Origin: Callorhinchus milii
Taxonomy: Eukaryota
Reading direction: 5' to 3'
DNA: 64,000 nt
Assembly (NCBI RefSeq): GCF_018977255.1
Contig: NW_024704742.1
Span: 25,794,001-25,858,000, forward strand
Shown: one piece after another, positions 13,642-26,299 of the stretch
Position numbering within the stretch: the first letter of the stretch is position 1
How the letters are laid out: the number at the start of each line of letters is the position of its first letter
Program-made: the position numbers and the translations under genes
The notes under the pieces: model-generated
Databases searched by the model: none
What the model was told of the DNA's origin: nothing
The model's input: the letters and a program-made list of their open reading frames with translations, nothing else

Positions 13642-14930
13642 TCATAGATTCATAGATTCATAGATTACGGCACAGAATGAGGCCATTCGGCCCATCGAGT
13701 CTGTGCCGGCTCTTTGACAGAGCAAGTCACTTTCACTAACCTCAATCACCAGCTTTCTCCCCATAACCCTGCGAATCGTTCCCCAGATGCCTATCCAGTT
13801 CTCTCTTAAAAGCTGTTATCGAATTGGACTTCACTACCCTTTCAGGCAGATCATTCCAAATTCGAACAACTCGCTGAGTGAAAACATTTCTTCTAATCTC
13901 CCTCTACTTCTTTTGGTAGATATCTTAAGACTGTGACCACGGGTCACAAACATACCTACCAGCGGAAACAGCTTTTCCCTATCTCGCCTGTCGAAACCTT
14001 TCATGATCTTGAAGACCTCTGTCAGGTCCCCACGTAACCTTCTCTGCTCTAATGGGAAAAGTCCTAACTTCTCCAGCCTGTCCTCATAGCTAAGGTTCCC
14101 CATTCCTGGTATCATTCTCGTGAATCTCCTCTGCACCCTTTCCAGTGCCTTAATGTCCTTCCTGAAGTAAGGTGCCGAGAACTGGACGCAGTACTCCATC
14201 TGAAGCCTAACCAGTGTTTTGTATAGATTAACCATAAACTCCCTACTCTTATACTCTATGCCCCTACTAATAAAGCTCAGTACACCAAATGCCTTTTTTA
14301 CTGCGTTATCTACCTGCCCCGCTACCTTTAATGATTCGCTTAATAATAATAATAATCCTTGCATTTGATATAGCGCTTTTCACGTCGGGAGGACGTTCAG
14401 CTTCACTGAACACACTGTAAAGTGAATTGACTGTGTATTTGTGGGCGAACGCGGCAGCCAATTGTGCACAGCAATGTCCCACAAACAGTTCGTAGATTGA
14501 AAATGACCAATTTATTATTGTTTTTGGTTTTGGAGGGATTATTATTAGGCGTGTGAAGTAAGGAAACTTGCCCAAGGTTTCGCCCTGCCTGGAATTGAAC
14601 TCAGGTCTCTCGCTTGCAACGCGAATGCTCTAACTACTGAGCTACAGGACTTCACAGGACTTACTTGAACACCCAGATCTCTCTGTACGTTCACCCCCCT
14701 TAAGATTGAGCTACCAAGTCTATATTGCCTCCTATAATTTTTCCTACCTAAGTGTATCACCTCACACTTATCCACATTGAAATCCATCTGCCACATATCA
14801 GCCCATTCCACCATTTGGTATATATCTGCTTGCAATTGGTTACAGTCCTCCTCACTATTTACTATCCTACCTAACTTTGTATTATCTGCAAACTTGGAAA
14901 TAGTGCTCTCTAAGCCCAAGTCGAGATCAT
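13642..14930 (-). mobile_element. CR1 LINE (second family) interrupted by a SINE
   Basis: KFADNTKLG, DLGVQV and MEYCVQFSAPYFRKD; (ATCTATGA)n tail. Confidence 0.92.
14341..14651 (-). mobile_element. Young tRNA-derived SINE inserted in CR1
   Basis: Near-identical to 9036-9352; splits the DLGVQV/ESLKV RT peptide. Confidence 0.92.
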
Positions 14931-15584
14931 TATCCCCATATCCCTTAATCCCTTTTATAAGAAATCTATCTATCTCAGTCTTGAATATGTTTAAGGACTG
15001 AGCGTCAACAGCCATTTGGGGTAGAGAGTTCCATACATTCACCACCCTTTGAGTGAAGAAGTTCTTCCTCAACTCAGTGCGAAAGGGCTGGCCTATGATT
15101 TTAAGGTTGTGACCCCTGGTTTTAGTTTCTCTAACCAGGGAAAACAATCTCCCACTATCTACTCTATCATGCCCCCTGATGATCTTATAGGTTTCTATAA
15201 GATCCCCTCTAATTCTTCTATATTCTTGAGAATATAGGCCCAAATTGGTCAGCCTATCCTTGTAACTCATCCCCTTCGCCCCGAGGCTCTGGAACTCTAT
15301 CCCCCAGTGCCTTCGCCTTGCCTCCTCCCTTTCCTCTTTCAAGGCCGGTCTCAAGACTTTTCTCTTTGACCGTGCCTTCACCTCCCCTCTCGACTCTCTA
15401 CCCCCTCCTCGCTCCCTCCCTTCCTTCCCCTCACCCTGACCATTTCCCCCCTGCTCGGGTCCTGACCCAACTGTACAGCGCCTTGGGACATCCTCCCGAC
15501 GTGAAAAGCGCTCTATAAATGGAATCTTGTTGTTGTTGTTGTTGTTGTTCATCCCTGGTACTAACCTAATAAATCTACGCTGCA
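14931..15584 (-). mobile_element. CR1 3' fragment containing an L2 insertion
   Basis: LQRRFIRLVPG...RGDLIETYKI...FFTQRVVNVWNSLP. Confidence 0.88.
15278..15549 (+). mobile_element. L2 3' fragment inserted in CR1
   Basis: Same family as 3079-3270; TTC duplicated at 15275-15277 and 15548-15550. Confidence 0.88.
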
Positions 15585-15859
15585 ATTGTGTCTGTGTTGC
15601 CTTGTACACAGAGTAAGCTATTCAGTCCCATTCATCTGGATTTCATCCATATCCCCGTAATTTACAATACAATACAAATGTACTTGTAGATAGTGCCTTT
15701 CATGCAGGAGGATGGCCTAAGGCACTGGAAGGTCTACGGTTAGCAACTAAGTTGGGAGTTGAGGTGGTGGGGAGGGGGGAAAGATGACCGAAGGCCTGGT
15801 CAAAGAGGAAGGTCTTGAAGTGGACCTTGAAGGAGACAAAGGAAAGTGCAACTCCAGGA

Positions 15860-16150
15860 TACAGTCCTTTAACCTTTGTCCTTTAATCAATATTTTATCC
15901 ATGTTGCTAGCCTTCCATAAATACCATGTACCCTTTTTTTTGTGTGGCACCTTATCAAAATCCTTATGAAAATCCATGTACATCACATCTTTATCTCCTC
16001 TCTTGGTTATTTCATCAAAGAACTCTTAGATTTGTTCTTGACTTGACTTTAATAAATCCATGCTGACTGTTTTTAATCAACCCAACTCTTTCCAAGTGGT
16101 TACTAATATTATCCCGTATAATAGACTCTAAACGTTTGCCTACCATGGAT
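15860..16150 (-). mobile_element. Old CR1 RT fragment
   Basis: LIKNSQHGFIK and YMDFHKDFDKVPH peptides. Confidence 0.8.
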
Positions 16151-18560
16151 GCTAATATATTTGTTGATTCCGTTCTCCCTTTTAGCTGCACAAGCTTATG
16201 CAATAGCAAATATTTAGAATGAGTTGACGTCCTTCATGATGCAAAAGTGTTCCTGCACTTTTAGAAACCTATCTGTAAAAATAATATTAGTTAAAATAAT
16301 AAACTTGGATAGGTTTGTGCTTTACCAAATACTGAAGAAAATTGGTTGCAGCCTGAACTGTCCCCAGCCCCCATCCTGGTGGAGTTTATGTTCTCGACTA
16401 TTCCAAACTGTTCCACAAACTGCACAGAAAAAGCTGGCAGCCAAATGACATCACCCCATTAATTGCACACAATAGGATCCAATATTTCCAAACATGTCTG
16501 GCCCTCCTTTGAACCGGTTATTGTTGGAGTGGGTAGTATTTTGCCACATTAAAACATGCGTTAACTTCTCATTCTGTTTCAGTACTCCAGAGTACATCAT
16601 CCTCTTGTCCAATCCTTATCAATGTTTTGTTAAATTGCAGTGAGATCTATCATTTAAAGATTGATGGGCACCCGTTCAAACTGTCAGGGTGTGATTAGTC
16701 CAAACCAATGTTTGTTTTTCTGTTGTTTCATATCAGTCATCACATACAGACTGAGAATGTTGTGGAAACATTGGTTTGATGTTTATTTAAATTATCTTTT
16801 GCTGCAATGCAATGGTAAGTGGATGTGTTTAGAGTAGATAGCTCCAGTTGCTGTCATCAAGGATAGGCTCGAAGGATTGAATGAGCTCCTTTTGTGCTTT
16901 AATTTGCATGATTCTATGTTGTGTGCTTTTTTCACATTAACATGATTTTTTTATATTAACAAATGAGTCCCAGAGGTTTTGTTAATATTGATTCCTTAAA
17001 TAGGGCTTCACATGGAGGCAAATTCAATGTGGGTTTTTCAGTTTACAAATATTGATCAACAAATGTCAACTGCATTTCATAAGCATCAATTGTGTTTGGC
17101 CTTCAGTCTCTTGTCTGTAGTTTTAAATCCTGTTGCTATCCCTTACTAGGTAGAAGTGATTCTACACACTTAGGTCATTGCTTCACAGAAGCACAAGAGC
17201 CAGCTAATTTCAAGGTAACTTTCTGAAACCTTTTGATCACTTAATAACACAGTTCGAGCCTTTAATCTTGCTCGAACACTAAATGGAGTATTAATAGATA
17301 TTAAGAAAACCACATCAGTCAACATTTAGGTTTCATTTCTAAAGGGCATTTTATTCAATAATGTTCAATACAGAACCACAAGCGATTAAAACAAAGGGGT
17401 CAGTTTTGAGTGATTTCTTAATAGATTTTTAATTAAGAAATCCAAATGGGGACTCCTTACAGACTCCAATAACCAGACGTACACATGTCACTTTGACTCA
17501 AATAAACTCGGCTCTGAAAACAGATTGCATTGGAATTGCATTCCCATAAGTTGGTATCATGAATTCTGATTTTATGAATTAGTAATGGAATAAGGATGAC
17601 AACAAATTTGACTCCATTGTAGGAAAGGTATGTAAATCACATCAGGTAATAGGATTCTGGAATGCACTGCCCAGAAAGCAAGAGATATGAAATCAATTGA
17701 AAGCTTAGTTGAGGAAGGGCAGGAGGAGGCTCATATGGAGCATAAACACCAGCATAGACCAGTTGGGCCAAATGGCCTGTTTCTGTGCTGTATATTCTAA
17801 TGTATTCTAATGTAATTGAGGAATTCAAGAAGTAGATGAATAGATCCTTCAGAATGAGAAATATTGAAAGATGTGAGAGAAGGCTGGGAAGTGGGATTAG
17901 GGACCATAATAACCCAGTGCTGTGGAATGGTTTGTGTTCTTCCTGCCACCTTCCTGAATTGTTATGTAATCTTATATTATCAGTAGGAAAATACGTATCA
18001 ATGTGAAAGAGAATTTGAGAAATGTCTCATGTGGTTAAAATCTATAAAGAAAATTCAAACAAACATATTGTTTTGGATGTATAAAATCCAAACCCACGTG
18101 ACGGCAGGTTTGACTGTGCTGGGAGGCTGTTGGCTTGTTCCCACACTGAAAGAAAAAGAAGTCTGACCATCGGGTCATCGCAACATCACTTCCTGTTTCT
18201 GTGTCTATCAAGTTCAGCAAAACAGGAAGTAACATGATAGGGCGACCTAATGAACCAGAAGTCAGTTATTTTACGTTGAAATGTCAGTCAGCATGACGAA
18301 AGCTAGCTGGCCGGCTACACACATCTGCAAACAAATGGGACCACAGTGCAAAAGTGTATAAGAAAATGTGCGTCACAATAAATAACATTGCGTCCAATGT
18401 TATAGTTGGACTGCACTGAATTTTCTAGATCATTTTCCAGTAATTCCTATATTTTATTTCAGGCACACTGTACTAAATGAGAGATCAACAAAACTTTTCC
18501 GGTTGGCTAAATGATGAGATGAGAACATATTTACACCTTTAGGACTCACATGAAGACCAC

Positions 18561-18887
18561 GGAATCCTGTAGATCAGTGGTTAGAGCACTCACTTTGCAA
18601 GTGAGAGACCTGAGTTCAATTCCAGGCAGGTCAGGGCGAAACCTTGGGCAAGTTTCCTTACTCCACATAGAGCCTAATAATAATCCCTCCAAAACAAAAA
18701 ACAATAATAAATTGGTCATTTTCAATCTACGACTGTTTGTGGGACATTGCTGTGCGCAATTGGCTGCCGCGTTCGCCCACAAATATACAGTCAATTCACT
18801 TTACAGTATATTCTGTGAAGCTCTTTGGGATGTCTAGAAGACGTGAAAAGCGCTGTATCAAATGCAAGGATTATTATTATTATTATT
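18561..18887 (+). mobile_element. Young tRNA-derived SINE
   Basis: Near-identical to 9036-9352. Confidence 0.92.
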
Positions 18888-19483
18888 TGGCATAAAGGCA
18901 TTAGGAAGGACACCTATGAAAAGTTCACACATTTTCATTTTGCCATTTTGATTCAGTCTATCATAACTTATTTTACCATCAAAATTAATGAAGGTGTCCA
19001 CATTATGGTGATAATTGATAATTCAGACTTATTTTATAGCTTCTTATTATTTTCATCTACAAAAATACAGTCATTACACTTTAAAGTATATCTTGCGAAA
19101 GAGCTTATAAGACATCCTCCCGATGGGAAAGGTGCTATTTCAGCTGTAAGGATTATTGTTGTTATTCTAAAAAGTCGTCTTAACTTAGTGATATGTGTAA
19201 TACGCAGTGTTGGTGATAAAAAAGGGTAGATAAGAAAGGGAAGGACAAGAATCACGGAAGATCAATTCCTCTTCCCCCCCTACCCATTGGTGAATTTTGT
19301 GAGTCAGTCCTGGCAATGGAAATGATTTCTCACTTTGTATCAAACTTTCCTGGATGAGGTATTGCAAAATTATTTATGGAGCAAACTTCTATGAGCTCCA
19401 ATCTCAGAGGATTAGTGTGACTTTTATTTATTTTCCACATCAGCCACCTTGTGGACACTGAGCAATGTTCTCGATTTAATGTA

Positions 19484-20329
19484 CAATTAAGCCAGTTTTG
19501 CGATGGGAATACACATTTACCAGTGACGAGGTTGAAAATGCCAAAACACATATTGTATCAGGTCGTTATAGCTGACAAACATCGGACACTTTTATCCCAA
19601 TATTACCGTATATTAAATAGAGAGTTTATTTAGAATGACACTGTTCCAGTAGAGGGTGACACAAAAATTGACTGTTGTAACTTTAACCCCAGGAACCAAA
19701 AAAAGGGGTAGAAGACAGTCTACGTGTTGGGTGAAATTACTGTATGAACAAAATTATCATAATACATCTTGTCAATAATGTTGCAACAAAAAAATGAAAA
19801 CAGCAGAAAATACCAGAGAGACTCTGGGATGTCCTGGCTCCTTGCTGGGAGGATTAGAGTGTTATTTTCTCTGCTTAACTATTCTCTTGGGCGCCATGTG
19901 GATTTGTCTCCCTCTACAACAACAACAAAAAACATGCATTTATACAGTGCTCCTCAAAGCGCTCTACAGAATGTCTTTTGAATTATATGCCACTGTACTT
20001 TTGGACAAATGCTTTAAGTCACTGAACCTACTAGTTTTCATCATTTTGGAAATGTTAATACATAATAATATGAAATATTGCATCGTTGTTGAATTCAAAA
20101 GAGCAGGTTTGATTGAATCTGTTATATTCTTAACAAGGCAAATAAATCAGCCTTCACCAGAGGATTGAATGACACAATATGTTACAACGCTCTGAGAATC
20201 GAGCTCAGACTGATGGGATAAAAGTGTCCGATGTTTGTCAGCTATAACGACCTGATACAATATGTGTTTCGGCATTTTCAACCTCGTCACTGGTAAATGT
20301 GTGTTCCCATCGCAAAACTGGCTTAATTG
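19484..20329. mobile_element. Putative non-autonomous DNA transposon with 116-bp terminal inverted repeats
   Basis: 19484-19599 is the reverse complement of 20214-20329 with 2 mismatches; TA on both sides. Confidence 0.7.
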
Positions 20330-21318
20330 TACATCAATTCAACGCAGGGAATTCCACATTTTAACAGATTTTTGTATGACAAATGTTTTCTGATTTCACT
20401 CTTAACTGGTTTGGCTCTAATTTTCAGATTATTTGCCCTTCTTCCAGATCCCTCTACAATAGGAAAATCTTTCTCTCGGTTCAATTTGTCCTAATTCCTT
20501 GATTGTTTTACATGTCTCAATCAGATCACTCCTCAATTCTCTTATTTTAAGGGAATATAACCCAAATTTGACCAAACTCATAATGAGGCTGAGTATAATT
20601 ACTACAGCAAAACCAATAATGCTCCTTCTGGCCTGTGATGTTCCCATTCACAGCTCCCTTGAGTCCATTAAAGATCATCCTGTAGATACGGTGATGGTCA
20701 GTATACACAGTCTTGTAGCAGAGGATCTCCTGATCCAGGGTATTACCCTATGGAAGATCCTCTTGTGTGATACGTCCTCCCATACTTCAGCAATCAGCAA
20801 CTTTAAATCTGTGAATGGGGTAAGGATACATGTTTGCGGTATAACAATCATGTTAAATTATAAATAAACAGTATTCTTTACTTCTCATCACCCTCTTGCT
20901 GTTTCACTTCTGTTTCACTTCAGTAATAAAGTCAACAGAAACATGGCAACATTGCACTACAGACAATTTGTTAACTACTTATTTATTTTATTTACTTAGG
21001 AATATTGTAATTGACATTAATTACACCAATATGTGCATGTGTCAAAGAGCAGGTGAGAATGTTCTTTACCTTTTTAATATTTATCTGATTCTTGAAATAA
21101 AAATAATCATCTCTTCTGTCTAGTACATCCCACCCCCACCCTTGGAAGCTGCTGACTTTAAATAACTGGATGATGGTGTGGATGCATTAACTGGTAGGGT
21201 AAGAGGGCTCTTGAAGACAGATATTCAGCATAGTATCAGTATCAGTATTGCTTCCTCATGTTTTTTAAGAGACTTGTTTTTCACTGGTGATCAGAAGCAT
21301 TGTGTAAGCATTGTATAG

Positions 21319-21700
21319 TGTCAGCCCTGCTCAAGTGGTTAGCACTGTCAGAGATACTGGGGTTCTAAGCCTGTAATTTTCATCTCACAAAGCAGGCTGA
21401 CACTTGGGTGCAGTCTTAGGGAAGCATTGCATTGTTGCACGCACTGAACTTCAGAAGAGATGTTAAATCAATGCCCCCTCTGCCTGTTCAGGTGGATGTT
21501 AAAGATTTTGTTGCACTACACGAAAAAAGAGGTCTCCTGGAATCCTGTTCAACAATCCTGAGTTAAAAAAGATTATTCACTTCATGGCCTTTTGTGAAAC
21601 AATGCACACATTGCCTGTACAATGCAGTCACTTTACCATAGTGAAGCACTGTCTATTTAAATGTTTATGGTTCTTAATGCAAGAATTATTATTATTGTAA
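21319..21700 (+). mobile_element. Old full-length Deu-domain SINE (SacSINE1-like)
   Basis: Degraded tRNA head, GATGTTAAA...CTGCCTGTTCAGGTGGATGTTAAAGAT core and shared tail; similar copies near 6780-7040, 8570-8845, 24180-24515, 32425-32700, 47070-47440, 51095-51430 and 63080-63400. Confidence 0.7.
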
Positions 21701-22759
21701 TTTGTCTGGATGGATTTACTATGTCCCAACAAATGTTCGTGAAATTGCAGCTGCACTGCTCCAATGGGATTTTTAAATCTGTACAAACACTCTGATTCTT
21801 CCCTTATTGTAAAACTATACTTTCTGTCAGTTCTCTGCTGGCAAAGAAGCTGCACTGAGCAATAAAGTTGGTTTTAATGTGCCCTCTGCTGACCAGCCTT
21901 TAGAATAGCATAGATGTGAAAACAGGAAAAGGAGCAGGTTTGCTTATTCCTTCGGTTATAGACTCGGAGGTCTACCTTTTCATAAGATCGCAAGAGAGGA
22001 TCATATGAAAGAAAGCCAACAATGTCAGACTTGATATAAATCAAGATGTCCTAAACGTTACAGAAACCATAACTGTTTTGAAATGATTTTTGAAATTTTG
22101 GATCTGGGAATGGGGTCATGCAGGTAGCAACTTAATTATAAATTACTGTCATGTAAAGTGGCCCCTGAAAGTCCACTCTCAGGGTTCACAACAGCAGATG
22201 AGCCAAATGGGAAGCAAGATGGGGGCTCAGGACATTTCCAGATGAATTTGGGCACTTCCGTAATTCAGAAGTCGGTCAGTGTTTCAAAACATATTTGAAC
22301 CATGTTCCCACATATCAATCTTCAACTCTGACCTGCTTCCCATATCCCATATTGTTCACCCACAAAATATACAGTAACTTTACAGTATATTCTGTGAAGC
22401 GCTTTGAGACATCTCAATGACATGATAAGGCACTACATCAAATTATTAAAGGATTATTATAATTATTTTATCTCCCCTCCCTCATCCCCCCCCCCCCCCC
22501 CCACCCACGTCTCTTCCCTCTCCCCACTCCTCAACGCCAGAGGAAGAGGAACCATTTTTGTTCCATGGAGTATTTGTTCATCTCAGTCTGAATGTGAGAA
22601 CATTTTTTGGATATACTTGATAAGTCCCACAAAAAAAGCTTAATGTATTTAACTGAGAGTAAATATAAAATACGTATATATAAAGTTTATATTTTAAATG
22701 CGTGCGTGTGTTGGTGTTACAATCAAAATAACCCCAAACATCTAACAACAACAGCACTA

Positions 22760-22839
22760 TGTGCTCCCCGTCTCCCGAACCATCTTGCAGCTCCCCCCAG
22801 GGGTTTGTGAATCCGAGTTTGGGAACTGCGGGACTAGAG
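22760..22839. mobile_element. hAT-Charlie-like MITE terminus remnant
   Basis: AGTTTGGGAACTGCGG TIR-like end followed by GACTAGAG, resembling the Charlie target consensus. Confidence 0.4.
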
Positions 22840-23984
22840 CACTTCAATTTAAGATAATTAGCATATGAGCAAAGAGAGATTGGAAGCAGTTACACAAATA
22901 GTTGTTAGGATATGATCAAAGCAAGATCCATATTAACTTTCAAGAAGGAACTAAGTAGATATCCAGAAAGAAGTAGTTTGTAGGGGTGTGGGAAAAAGGC
23001 AAGTCAAATGGGATTGAATATATTGATCTTTCAAAGAGTTGGCACAGACAATGATGGGCTGAACGTCTGCTGTATGTCTTGCAAATTCCTATTGTTCTAT
23101 AATTCACTATTTCTTGAACACTTTAACGGATTAGTCAATGTTGTTCCATGATTAATAGTTTTAGATTTTCCCATAGAATTTATGAGGTATTTTAAGATAA
23201 GTAGATACTTCTAGAGCTTCACCCACCCCCAATAAAATACTATATTATCCTGATTGTTGGAATAGCAGCTTTTGAAACCTGCTAATTTAAAAATTAATGG
23301 AAGGTTGTAGAGTAAAGTACAGCAAAGGTAATCAAACACTCCATTAGACATATGGCCCCAGGTCTTAATAATAATAGTATGTAATAATAATAATCCTTGA
23401 ATTTGATATAGCGCCTTTTCATGTCTTCGAGACGTCTCAAAGTGCTTCACAGAATATTCTGTGTAGTGAATTGACTTGAAAGTATATTTTGTGGGCCAAA
23501 CGTGAGAGCCAATTGCACACAGCAGTGTCCCACAAACAGTGGTGGATTGAAAGTGACCAATTTTATTATTATTATTGTACAGTGTATAACTATTTTCAAA
23601 TTCTACTAACCATTCAAAGACAGAAATGGATTCATTAGAGAGCAGCCTCTTGCCACATTTAATATACATGATTGACATTGTGTGCAACATTCCGTCTACC
23701 TATTTGCTTCTTTAGCAAGTCACCGATAACTGTCACGACTGTAGATTCAATACCTAAATTTCAAAGTACTTATTTGTCTGAAAAATGGTGGATCTGTGCA
23801 AGAAGCCATGATGGAGTCAATTCTTTCCCCATACTTGCACATACTTGCAATGTTACCCATGGAATAATGGGCATGAGATTAAATAGGTTGCAAGGAAGAG
23901 AGTTCATATGCCATTACTTTAGAGAGTGTTCTTATCAAGTCAATTCTTGTCTTGCAATATATGTAGCTCAATTTTCAAAAGTGT

Positions 23985-24180
23985 GTGGGGTGGAGCAGTA
24001 GGTTAGTATATTGCCCTTTCATCTCCGGTATCTATCTTGAGTCCATCCCAGAGTGTGGGCTGGGTATCTCCTCTTTCTGAAATCATTAAGGGTTTTATTT
24101 GAAATGTGTTTGGGTTTTCACAACTCACTACTCAGTCGATTAATGTCTATCGCACAAAACTGGTCATATTTGGCATTATA
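23985..24180 (+). mobile_element. LF-SINE-like ancient SINE fragment
   Basis: Collinear motifs GCCCTTTCATCTC, TGAAATGTGTTTGG, CACAAAACTGG and ATTTGGCATTA resemble the recalled LF-SINE consensus. Confidence 0.5.
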
Positions 24181-24595
24181 ATAATAATCTTTGGATTTAG
24201 TATGGCTCTAACACATCAAGACATTTCAAAGCACTTTGCAGAGCTTTCTGTAAAGTGTAGAAACTGTGAATTTGTACACAGCTGCCAATTTGCATTCTAC
24301 AATGTCTCGCAAGCATCCATGAAGTAAGTGACCAGCTTTTTTATTTGGGGGATTGTTGGCCAGGAGAAACTGCTCTCTATTTTCAAATAGTGCATGAGAT
24401 CTTCAATGTCCACCTGAACAAAACCTTGGTTTAACACCTCATTAGAAAGATGGCATCTCCAACAATGCAATACTCCTCCAGCACTGCATTGGGGTGCTAG
24501 CCTGAACTGTGAGCCAAGTAATATAATGTTCATTAAAGTGGAGCAATAACCAAGTTATGCTGTACTTTTACAAGGTTTATATATACATATATATG

Positions 24596-25085
24596 CTAGC
24601 TGTACCCGTTGCAGCTACGCTTGCAAACAAAGGAGCCAATATGGAATGTAGATTGACACACAGACAGACACAGATAGACATTTCACCTTTATAATCATCT
24701 GGGAGGAATCCTGTGGGAGGACTCAGTGCTTTAAAAATGTAATTTTGTTGTTGTTGCCGCGGCTTAGCTTTGTCTGTTCTTTATTTTGTTCCAGCTGCTT
24801 GGCTACGTGCATGCTCGGTGACGCAGAATGCCACAGTGCCTCGGTCAGCCAGCGCAGCCACCAGGTGTAACTGCAGCGAAAAATGCAAAACTGAAAATAA
24901 CAAATGAATGATAGGAGATACTCAAAAACAAATATGCCCATGTCACTCCCAGTTGCAAGACCTTTATGAGGTATACATCATGTCTGTTTGTCAATTGGTT
25001 ATTGAGATCTTTCTTGAAGCGCAGACAGACTTTGTTGTTTTATTAGTATATATAATATATAAGAGAAGATAGAAGATAGATATAT
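24596..25085 (-). mobile_element. Helitron-like non-autonomous element
   Basis: 3' CTAG at 24596-24599, hairpin at 24609-24626 (ttgcagc-tac-gcttgcaa); 5' TCTAT...ACTAATAAAA-like end near 25040-25085. Confidence 0.5.
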
Positions 25086-26299
25086 ATGAGGATAGAGAGA
25101 GAGAGACCAAGAAAAGTATAACAATAATAATCTTTGCATTTGATATAGAATCTTTCACATCAGGAGGATGTCTCAAAGCGTTTCACAGAAATGATTTATT
25201 ATTATTAATTACAATTATTAATATATGTAATGACTGTGTATGACAGGCAAGTACAGCAGCCAATTTGAGCACAACAGTGTCCCCCAAACAACTATGACAT
25301 GAATGATCGATTTATACGGGGGATTATTGGTCAGGAATGGCAATAACATGTTAATCTGAAATAAAGCCATTTACTTGGAATAGGAATACTTTTGTCACAT
25401 TCTCAACAGCAGGTGGTGCAATTGGTGAAGAAATTGCTGAACAGTGTATTTTGCTCTGTGAATGGGCAGAGGGAAGATTTATGACATTTTTACTTGAACC
25501 CTTTGAATGAGATTAACAGTGAAATTATAATGAATGTTTCAGTTTTCGTTAGTCCCTAAAATTTGATTTTAATTCATGTTAATGCATAGGACGGACTGTC
25601 ATGCACTCTCCAGTATTTACATGAAATGTCTTTTGCCTGTCGTAGAACTACTGTTGTGGAACACATCTTGCCGATAGATCAACTTGCAAATGTTCTAGTG
25701 TGGTAAAATGTGTGCATTGATCACAGGGGATGAAGTAAACTGTAGCCACAGTATTATAACTCCATGTGAATCATCACACCAGAGTATCAGAGACACCCCC
25801 CAAAACACACAGTCACTCCACTTTACAATAAATCCTACGAAGTGTTTGGGGCTGGCTTTGACATGAAAGGTGCTACACTAAATGCAAGGGTTATTGTTAT
25901 TATTAAAACATTGGTTCATCCTCAAAACCAGTATAAGTAACATTCCACTGACATGCCATCAGGAAAAGGTGTATGGCAGACCGATCACCCAGGTGGAAAT
26001 AAAGCCTGGGAATATGGGGAAAAGGTTCAAACAATCAATACAAGAATGCATTCACCATCCTGAACCAGAATAAGTACTTGCACAAGGTCCCAGGGTGCCC
26101 AACCAAATGGGCTCCAGGTGATAAACTGCTTTAACTAGAGAGTGTATATTAATATTATAAGATCCACAATGCCGAGATTAAACAATTTGCAAAGAAAAGT
26201 AAACATTTGTGGGAAAAATGTCTTGATTCTGATTAATGCAGTCTCACACTATCATTAATAGCTTTACAATTAACAGCAGCTGAAATATTAAAAGTCAGA

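Noticed and set aside
14545..15609. Longest ORF (354 aa) as a novel gene
   Set aside because: Chance in-frame mosaic of two CR1 pieces, an antisense L2 tail and a SINE
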